The translations under genes were made by a program, and so were the position numbers. A stretch of 64,000 nucleotides of DNA, from the NCBI GenBank assembly GCA_964422165.1, contig CAYQZX010000044.1, positions 8,105 to 72,104 on the forward strand, in the 5' to 3' direction. This DNA is from an uncultured Eubacteriales bacterium (GTDB taxonomy: Bacteria > Acidobacteriota > Aminicenantia > Aminicenantales > Saccharicenantaceae). The notes beneath the pieces were generated by a model. That model saw only the letters and a program-made list of their open reading frames with translations, searched no databases and was not told the origin of the DNA. This document shows, piece by piece, positions 20,055 through 27,413 of the stretch (positions within the stretch are counted from its first letter, which is position 1; every line of letters begins with the position of its first letter).

Positions 20055-20396
20055 ATGAGAGTAACAAAGCCAACAGCCGCAAAAAAGAAAAACAGCCTTT
20101 TGAAAGTGGCCCGGGTCATTCGTTCTAAAAATTCTGGACCTTTTGAGCTGACTCTTGATATTATGTTTAAGGAAAGGCGCTATTTCGAGCTATTCAAGAA
20201 GAAGAGGATAATAACTGCCAGAAAGATTGCCCGGCTCTATGGAATTCCCGAAAAAGAGGTTTTGAAGGTTGTCTACTTTGAACCAAGTCAGGCCATCAAG
20301 GTGACGTTGAAGAGAAGAATTCCCTCCGGTTCTCCTGGAGATACCGATGTATACGGAGCCCAGCAGCATGCGCCGCTACTTAGTTTGACTTTTTAG
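20055..20396 (+). CDS. Small basic protein, DUF4387-like partner of the preceding AtuA-like protein
   Basis: About 113 aa and Lys/Arg-rich. GAGGGG lies 7 nt before the ATG at 20055; the track start at 20040 is a GTG inside the stop of the upstream gene. Confidence 0.5.
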   Translation: MRVTKPTAAKKKNSLLKVARVIRSKNSGPFELTLDIMFKERRYFELFKKKRIITARKIARLYGIPEKEVLKVVYFEPSQAIKVTLKRRIPSGSPGDTDVYGAQQHAPLLSLTF

Positions 20397-20404
20397 GAGC
20401 TTAG

Positions 20405-21352
20405 ATGGACCCAAAACAGCTGTCCCGAGTGGATACTCTAATCTATGCCGTTTATTATGCACCACGGGGACGCTACCGGCTTTATATGGTAGCCAGCGAA
20501 ATTGCCAGGCGCTACCTCTCTCCTACCGATTATCTCATAGGAATAATAGGGGAAGAGGGTTCGGGTAAATCGACCTTGATTCGAGGTCTTTTCCCCGGGC
20601 TGGAACTTACCAATGAAGATGACGGGGTCAACCTCAGCCGGGCTCCGATTTATTCTTTTTCGCCAGAAGACTTTTTTTCCGGACACACTTTTCACCTTGA
20701 TGTCAGATATGAACTGGCCTTCAAGCAGAAATATAAAATTAAGGAGGCCATAAGAAAGGCAGTGGAACACAAACGTCGGGTGGTGGTGGAGCACTTTGAT
20801 TTGATTTATGACATCCTGGGAATGAATGCTCAGGTTCTGATAGGAATCGGGGAAGAGATAATTGTGGCCAGGCCGACGGTTTTTGGCCCCTTTCCCCAAA
20901 ACATAAAAGCCATAGTTGACCGGACGATTAAATACCGCTTGATGGCCCATTCAGCCGAAGACATCACCACTTACATTCTGGAAAGAGACTACAACTATAA
21001 ATCTCGTTCACCTCTGATTCATTCTGACATCCGCCACGGGTTTGTCATCAACTTTCCGGAAAGACCGGAGATTGACCTGGATGAACTTGAAGCCAAAGTC
21101 CAGGCCGTGATAGATGCCGATGTTCCCATCAGTCAGTGCGGAGAAGACACAATTTGCATAGGTGAGTTCAAGATATACTGCACCGGTCCACGGACTCATG
21201 TCAACCGCTCGGGAGAAATAGAAAATTTCCGTTTATTGAAAGAATTCAGGCTTAATCCCCTAACCAGCGAATTTATGCTCATAGGGATGGTCGGGCATAA
21301 AACCATTGCCGGCTTTGAAGATATCATTGAATATATGGACATTGAAGACTGA
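20405..21352 (+). CDS. P-loop NTPase/kinase-like protein of unknown function
   Basis: 315 aa with Walker A GIIGEEGSGKSTL and a putative Walker B RRVVVEHFD. It starts 9 nt after the previous gene and is embedded in the operon. Confidence 0.6.
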   Translation: MDPKQLSRVDTLIYAVYYAPRGRYRLYMVASEIARRYLSPTDYLIGIIGEEGSGKSTLIRGLFPGLELTNEDDGVNLSRAPIYSFSPEDFFSGHTFHLDVRYELAFKQKYKIKEAIRKAVEHKRRVVVEHFDLIYDILGMNAQVLIGIGEEIIVARPTVFGPFPQNIKAIVDRTIKYRLMAHSAEDITTYILERDYNYKSRSPLIHSDIRHGFVINFPERPEIDLDELEAKVQAVIDADVPISQCGEDTICIGEFKIYCTGPRTHVNRSGEIENFRLLKEFRLNPLTSEFMLIGMVGHKTIAGFEDIIEYMDIED

Positions 21353-21379
21353 GATCTTTCCGGAGTTGGAGGCTAGCCG

Positions 21380-22978
21380 ATGAAGTTTGTCTATTCTCCA
21401 GTTTTGCCTCTGGAAAAAGACCGGACGAAATTTGAAAGATTAACCTCAGAGCTGGTCAGAGAAGTAAAATGTCGGGGCAAAAAGTTTCTGGAAGTAAAAC
21501 CCGAGGCGCTCCGCTTATTGGCCCGGGAAGCTTTTGCCCGGGTTAATTTTTATTTCCGCTCATCTCATCTGGAAAACCTGGCTTCTATCCTGGACGACCC
21601 AGAGGCTTCAGAGAACGATAAATTTGTGGCTGCTATGCTTTTGAAGAACGCTGTCATCTCAGCCGAGGGCTTGCTGCCGTTGTGTCAGGACACAGGAACG
21701 GCTAACATCATTGGTTACCGGGGAGAGCGGGTTCTGACCGGAGTAGAAGATGCCAGGTATCTAAGCCGGGGTGTTTTTGAAGCCTACACCCGTCTGAATC
21801 TCAGAGCTTCTCAGAATGTGCCGCTAAACATTCTGGATGAAAAAAATACCGGAAATAATTTACCGGCTCAGATTGAGATATTCAGCACCAGAGGCAGTGA
21901 GTATCATTTTTATTTCATAGCCAAGGGTGGAGGCTCGTCTAATAAGACGGCACTCTATCAGGAGAACAAATCGCTTCTTAAGGATGAGCAAACCCTGCTG
22001 GATTTTATCAGAGAAAAGATTAAAGCCATAGGAGTGGCCGCCTGTCCCCCTTACCGATTGGCTGTAGTTATCGGCGGTCTTTCACCAGAGATGAACCTGA
22101 AAACCGTTAAATTAGCTTCGGCCGGTTTTCTGGATAATCTGGTAACCAGACCGACCGGACTGCCTCACGGCTATCGGGACCTGGAATGGGAAAAAAGAGT
22201 TCTCCAGGTAGCGAGGGCGACTGGGTTGGGAGCTCAATTTGGCGGAGTGGCCCTGGCCCTGGAAGCCAGAGTCATAAGGTTGCCGCGCCACGGCGGTTCT
22301 CTACCGGTGGGAATTGGTCTGAGCTGCAATGCTGACCGGAACCTAAAAGCCGTAATTAACCGCCACGGAATTTTTGTCGAAAAGCTGGATATTAATCCGG
22401 TTCGGTTTCTAAGGAAAATAGAATCGCTGAAGATTGAGAAAGTTCCAGCGATAAACCTTGACCAGCCAATTGAATCTCTTGTGGCTGAACTCTCAAGACA
22501 TCCGGTTGGCACCAGGCTGAGCCTTTCGGGCACCTTGATTGTGGCCCGAGACCTGGCCCACCTCAGGCTGAAAAAGCTGCTGGAAAGGGGCGAACCATTG
22601 CCTGATTATTTCATAAATCATCCGGTTTATTATGCCGGTCCAGCCCGAACACCTCAAGGCTGGCCCACAGGTAGCTTTGGTCCAACTTCAGCTCAGAGAA
22701 TGGATAGTTATGTGGAAGATTTTATGAAAGCCGGTGCTTCCCGGGTTATGCTGGGGAAAGGTAATCGCTCTGATAAAGTGGTAGAAGCCTGTCGGAAATA
22801 TCGAGGATTTTACCTTGGAACCATAGGTGGAGCTGCCGCTCTGGTGGCCAGAGAGCACATTGTTTCCTCTGAATTAGTTGATTTTGAAGACCTGGGTATG
22901 GAAGCTATCAGAAAGATTGTGGTGAAAGATTTACCGGCCTTTATCATAATTGATGATAAAGGAAACAGGCTATATTAA
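21380..22978 (+). CDS. Class I (Fe-S) fumarate hydratase, fused alpha/beta type; probable mesaconase of the methylaspartate pathway
   Basis: LCQDTGTA cluster-ligand motif, IAKGGGSSNK, and a C-terminal beta-domain with GPARTPQGWPTGSFGPTSAQRMD. 532 aa, as for FumA/FumB-type single-chain enzymes. Confidence 0.85.
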   Translation: MKFVYSPVLPLEKDRTKFERLTSELVREVKCRGKKFLEVKPEALRLLAREAFARVNFYFRSSHLENLASILDDPEASENDKFVAAMLLKNAVISAEGLLPLCQDTGTANIIGYRGERVLTGVEDARYLSRGVFEAYTRLNLRASQNVPLNILDEKNTGNNLPAQIEIFSTRGSEYHFYFIAKGGGSSNKTALYQENKSLLKDEQTLLDFIREKIKAIGVAACPPYRLAVVIGGLSPEMNLKTVKLASAGFLDNLVTRPTGLPHGYRDLEWEKRVLQVARATGLGAQFGGVALALEARVIRLPRHGGSLPVGIGLSCNADRNLKAVINRHGIFVEKLDINPVRFLRKIESLKIEKVPAINLDQPIESLVAELSRHPVGTRLSLSGTLIVARDLAHLRLKKLLERGEPLPDYFINHPVYYAGPARTPQGWPTGSFGPTSAQRMDSYVEDFMKAGASRVMLGKGNRSDKVVEACRKYRGFYLGTIGGAAALVAREHIVSSELVDFEDLGMEAIRKIVVKDLPAFIIIDDKGNRLY

Positions 22979-23446
22979 GCTTGCCTTCTTAGCGCTACCT
23001 TTCTTTTCAGAAGACATATTTCTGGTTTTGTAAAGGTTGATTTTCTGACTTCTTTCCTCATTGCCTGCAACCTCAGGAGATTTTTGGACAGACTGTCGGA
23101 ATAATAAGTAAGTCAGTTTCTTTTTCTGTTCTGAGCAGCTTGGGGTCGATTTGGCCCGGGTATTGGCGGTCTGGTAGAGCTTCAAGCTAATTAAGTTTAT
23201 TCTATTGTTAGCTTTATCTGTATAAAGGGTAAAATTTATGGGATAAAAATAAGATGATAAGGCAAAAAAGAAGTTAACAGACTGCAATTGGAGTTAGCAG
23301 TTGGGTGTAGTATGAAAAGTACACTATGTATCAAAAATAAGACAGAAAAAATTTTTATATCCGCCCCGGTCATTCTTAAAGGAAGGGTAAAAAACATTGA
23401 CCTGGCATGCTTTCTGCAGTATAAGTTTTGGTGAGGTTAATATGAT

Positions 23447-25471
23447 ATGAAAAGATATGTCTTGAGGCTTTTGTTCGTTTTCGGGTTAGGGATTTTTCTA
23501 ATCCAGGCGGTAGCGGCCCAGTCCAGACATTATAGCCTGGTTACCGGGGAGATAGATTTCTACTATGGGTTTATTAGTTACCTTCCTGAAGACAGGGGAG
23601 GAAAACTGCCCGAAATAATCCGCCCGGGGCTGGCCAGGCCGGAAATTGCCAGCTTGAATTTTCCGCTGGGACCAGGAGATACGATTGTTACCTACGACCA
23701 GCCCTGTGAGGTCCAATTTGATAGCGGAACGGTCTTTCGTCTTGGTCCGGAAAGCCGGCTTAGAATAGAAACCATTATGGCCCAAAGTCTGAGTTCAGAG
23801 GGACAGTTTTCAAACCTTTTCCTGGAGAAAGGTCAGCTCTTTCTTATGTACACCGCTTATAATCAATGGGAGATATTTCAGTTGCTGACAGCTACCAGTG
23901 CCATTAAGATGAAAAACAAAACGGTTCTTCTGATGTCAGTCAATCCTAATGGTGAAACAAAAGTGGCTGTCAAAGAAGGGAAGATTGACCTCCTTTACGG
24001 ACCGGCTACTGAAAAGTTGCAATCAGCTAAAGCCAAAAAAGGAGACAGCCTGTTAGTCACTGCTGACCATAAACTGAGCATAAAGCCCGATCTCTTTGAC
24101 CTGGCTGGTTTTGAAGCCTGGAGCGTAGAGTTGAATAAAAATTTTCTGGACTTACATAAAGGGGTAACGCCCCTGCCTAAACCAATTCAGAAATTGCCTC
24201 CTGCGGTATTTTATTTTGCTCAATTCTATGGCAACAGGTATGGAGAATGGGTCTGGGATGATTACTACGGCTACGTCTGGCGCCCCTTTTATAACGACTA
24301 TTATCCATGGGGCAGCTGGGCCCCTTATTATTACGGACGCTGGACTTACCTGAACGGCCAGCTTTTCTGGGTACCTGAGGAGCCCTGGGGATGGGTACCT
24401 TACCATCTTGGTATCTGGCAGTGGGATAAGAAGAAAGGCTGGATCTGGATACCGGGCTCGGCATTTGCTCCGGCCTGGGCTGTTTGGGATTTCTATTTTG
24501 GTTATTATTCCTGGCGGCCCTGGAGCCTATTTGATTGGCTGGGTTATGGCTATTACGGATATTATGAAATTCATGGACCAGGTAACTCCCTTCCAGGTCA
24601 GATCGGGCAACCTGCCGAAAGAAATATTCTGAGCAAAATAAACAAGGACCAGCTCAAAAAACCGACTGGCTCTTCTATACCCTTGCCAGAAAGCTATAAA
24701 AAAGTAGTGGCCAGTTTTGCCAGAGCTTTGAAAAATAAGGACCCGGAAGCCCTGAGCCGGGTAGGAGTGAAGCCACCAGAACCGATAGTAGTTAAAGCTG
24801 AGGACCTGGGAGTAATAAGGGTTCAAGAAAAAAGAATTCCCTGGAGTGAATTCAGCAGACTTATGAATAGCCACAAACAGACTGGCGGAGAACCAGAAGC
24901 AAAGAGGGGAAACATTCCATCCCGCAATCAGGCTGTTTTTCATTTTATGCGACATAAAAATCAGGCTGGTTTAGAGGCATTTGAGGAAAAAAGCTATACT
25001 CCCAACCTCAATCAGGAACCTGAAAGACAAGGGGGCACCCCGCCCGCCGGCTCTCAGTTAATAAAAAGGGGGCAATCGGAAGCAGTTCCAGAAAAAACAG
25101 GCCTGAGGCTCCAGGTTAACACTGAGGCTCGCTTCAGAGATTGGAATCCTGACCTAAAAGTAGCCAGGGAATTAAAAATCAGGATTTTCTATGACAGCCT
25201 CAGCAACCAGATTGTTGCTCCCCAGCTCGGGCTTACTTCCAGAGAAGCCAGGGGAATGGGACTGAGGATTACTCCCTATGGAGTGGTTCAGAGGGTTCGT
25301 TACCGGGAAGATGGTGGTGGCTACGTTCTGAATTCTTCATCTTCTGCTACCTCGGGCAGTAATGATTCCAGTGCCACTGCCACTGCCACCCCAACCAATA
25401 ACTCTGGCTCATCCGGGAATTCGGGCAAGTCTGGAGGTAATGCTTCAAATGCTGGCCGGACTAAGCATTGA
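23447..25471 (+). CDS. Secreted FecR-domain-like protein with an aromatic (W/Y/G)-rich repeat region and a Ser/Gly/Asn/Thr-rich tail
   Basis: Signal peptide, then FecR-like beta region (DSGTVFRLGPESRLRIE), then a dense W/Y repeat segment (YPWGSWAPYYYGRW, PWGWVPYHLGIWQW, GWIWIPG), then a low-complexity C-terminus. Confidence 0.65.
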   Translation: MKRYVLRLLFVFGLGIFLIQAVAAQSRHYSLVTGEIDFYYGFISYLPEDRGGKLPEIIRPGLARPEIASLNFPLGPGDTIVTYDQPCEVQFDSGTVFRLGPESRLRIETIMAQSLSSEGQFSNLFLEKGQLFLMYTAYNQWEIFQLLTATSAIKMKNKTVLLMSVNPNGETKVAVKEGKIDLLYGPATEKLQSAKAKKGDSLLVTADHKLSIKPDLFDLAGFEAWSVELNKNFLDLHKGVTPLPKPIQKLPPAVFYFAQFYGNRYGEWVWDDYYGYVWRPFYNDYYPWGSWAPYYYGRWTYLNGQLFWVPEEPWGWVPYHLGIWQWDKKKGWIWIPGSAFAPAWAVWDFYFGYYSWRPWSLFDWLGYGYYGYYEIHGPGNSLPGQIGQPAERNILSKINKDQLKKPTGSSIPLPESYKKVVASFARALKNKDPEALSRVGVKPPEPIVVKAEDLGVIRVQEKRIPWSEFSRLMNSHKQTGGEPEAKRGNIPSRNQAVFHFMRHKNQAGLEAFEEKSYTPNLNQEPERQGGTPPAGSQLIKRGQSEAVPEKTGLRLQVNTEARFRDWNPDLKVARELKIRIFYDSLSNQIVAPQLGLTSREARGMGLRITPYGVVQRVRYREDGGGYVLNSSSSATSGSNDSSATATATPTNNSGSSGNSGKSGGNASNAGRTKH

Positions 25472-25800
25472 GCTAAAGTCCGGTTAGAAAAGAAAGCTTT
25501 GATTTCAGGATTTAAGAAGCTGCTTGTTTGCTTAAGTCCGGGAACGAGCTTGAATTCTCAGTTCTTTAGTTTAAAGGAGGGGCTTATAATCAGAGAAAGC
25601 TTCTCTGTAATCTATTTCCTTAATCTTCTATTTCCTTTGATTGGACTAAAGAAAGGATATAGCTGACTCTGAAATTAGCTGGTGAATTTACCCTCAAAAG
25701 ATAACAGTTTTGCCTTAAATCTTTGTCTTTTGCCGAAGTTTGGATAAAATATGAGAGCATCTTTTCCCGGGAGCGGGAAATCAAAATTTCGGAGAGGAAA

Positions 25801-26682
25801 ATGAAATCGGGTTTTGTGGCAGTGGTGGGCAAACCGAATGCCGGTAAATCAACTCTTATCAATTCCTTAATCGGCCGAAAAGTAAGTATCGTTTCCGAAA
25901 AACCTCAGACCACACGCTTCAAGCTGCGGGGGATAATAACCAGACCGGAAGGTCAAATAGTGTTGGTTGACACGCCTGGTTTTCATCAGCCCAAGGATGC
26001 CCTCGGAGCTTTCCTTAATTCTCAGGTAACCGGGGCTTTAAAAGAAGTGGATCTGGTGCTTTTTCTGGTGGATTCTTCGAGCCAGCTTACGGATGAGGAC
26101 AGGCACCTGGCTGAAGAGATCAGAAAAACGGCTTTACCCTGTCTTTTGACCCTGACCAAAAAAGACTTGGTTGAGGAAAAGCAGCTGGAAACAGTCAAGC
26201 AAGCTGTCCTTAAGGTCTTACCTGTAGAAAATTGGGTTGCAGTTTCTGCCTTGAACGGTTATGGCCTTGAAGAACTTATAAATAAAATAATGGCTTATCT
26301 TCCGGAAGGACCGGCTCTTTATCCGGAAAATATGACTACTGATTACCCTCTGACCATTCAGGCGGCCGAAGTGGTGAGGGAAAAGGTCTTAAATAATACT
26401 TACCAGGAGGTCCCTCATTCGGTAGCTGTTGAGGTCTTGAAAATAGAAGAAAAGCCAGAAAAGAACCTTCTGGCAATTTATGCCGAGATTTACGTGGAAA
26501 AAGATTCTCAGAAAAAGATAATCATAGGGCGTGGAGGCTCTATGATTAAGAAGATAGGAAGTCAGGCCCGCGAGGAGCTGGAATTTCTGACCGGGAAGAA
26601 AGTCTTTCTCGACCTTAATGTAAAAGTAAAGGAAAAATGGCGGGATAAAGAGTCTTTTGTCAAGAAAATATACAGGTTATGA
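25801..26682 (+). CDS. era: GTPase Era
   Basis: GFVAVVGKPNAGKSTLINSL, QTTR, DTPG and TKKD G-motifs plus a C-terminal KH domain. GGAGAGG RBS before the ATG at 25801; the track start at 25723 has no RBS. Confidence 0.85.
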   Translation: MKSGFVAVVGKPNAGKSTLINSLIGRKVSIVSEKPQTTRFKLRGIITRPEGQIVLVDTPGFHQPKDALGAFLNSQVTGALKEVDLVLFLVDSSSQLTDEDRHLAEEIRKTALPCLLTLTKKDLVEEKQLETVKQAVLKVLPVENWVAVSALNGYGLEELINKIMAYLPEGPALYPENMTTDYPLTIQAAEVVREKVLNNTYQEVPHSVAVEVLKIEEKPEKNLLAIYAEIYVEKDSQKKIIIGRGGSMIKKIGSQAREELEFLTGKKVFLDLNVKVKEKWRDKESFVKKIYRL

Positions 26683-26713
26683 GCAAAACAAACCGGGTAT
26701 AGACCAGGTCAAA

Positions 26714-27121
26714 TCAGGCCCCAACCCTTATCAGTAAACAGGCTCCATGAATAACCTTGAGTCCCCTGGCCTGAAGGTACTGGATTACTGAAGATGATTC
26801 GGCGCCGGGCTGGAACCAGAGGTGGGTGTACCCGGTTTCAACCGCCTGTCTGGCTATTTCAATAGAGATTTCTGGAGGAACTACAACCACTGCGGCCCTG
26901 ACCGAGCGGGGCAGGGCTTGCAGATCTGGGTAGGACTGGTCCCCGTCAATGTAATGAGCCAGGGGGTTTACGGGGTAGACTTTATACCCCACCTCTTTTA
27001 GTCTTTTGTACACTATGTAACCGTACTTAGCAGGATTTCTGGAAGCCCCGACCACCGCGATTTCCTTATGGCTCAAGAATTCTTTAACCAGGCCTGAATG
27101 CTCCATATGCTCGTAGTCCAT
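26714..27121 (-). CDS. CoA-binding domain protein (YccU-like)
   Basis: IAVVGASRNPAKYGY...YPVNP Rossmann-like CoA-binding motif; 135 aa. Confidence 0.75.
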   Translation of the reverse strand: MDYEHMEHSGLVKEFLSHKEIAVVGASRNPAKYGYIVYKRLKEVGYKVYPVNPLAHYIDGDQSYPDLQALPRSVRAAVVVVPPEISIEIARQAVETGYTHLWFQPGAESSSVIQYLQARGLKVIHGACLLIRVGA

Positions 27122-27413
27122 ATCCAGTTATAAATTTTAAGAAATATCTTACATTACATTTTAGTAAGAAACGTACCGTTTTGGTAGTTATTTGGGTCCG
27201 TTGCCTTAACAGGCTATGGAAGGGTAATATGTAATAAAAACAAAAAATTTAAAATTTCAGCTTTGTGTCTTTTTTACCTTAATAAAGGGCCGATATTTTC
27301 ATAGCAATAAGAAGGTTCCCCCCTTCCTTCTGCCATTGCCTCCACCTGCAAAATATTATGGATGACGAAAATTGATTTTGCAGAAAAATCTGGCAAGAAT
27401 TTAGGAAAAAATC

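Noticed and set aside
18664-21352. The idea that the three embedded genes are citramalate lyase subunits CitF/CitD/CitE (the sizes 459/113/315 aa loosely resemble alpha/gamma/beta)
   Set aside because: No sequence resemblance to the CitD prosthetic-group-carrying Ser region or to the CitE TIM-barrel DLED motifs. The 315-aa protein has a Walker A motif instead.
22970-23287. 105-aa minus-strand ORF in the intergenic region after the fumarate hydratase gene
   Set aside because: AT-rich, no RBS, low-complexity translation. It is more likely non-coding spacer and promoter region for the FecR-like gene.
25320-25445. Short tandem GCCACT repeats and low-complexity DNA at the 3' end of the FecR-like gene
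   Set aside because: It is in frame and encodes the Ser/Gly/Asn/Thr/Ala-rich tail of the protein (ATATAT...), so it is a compositional feature of the CDS rather than an independent repeat element.
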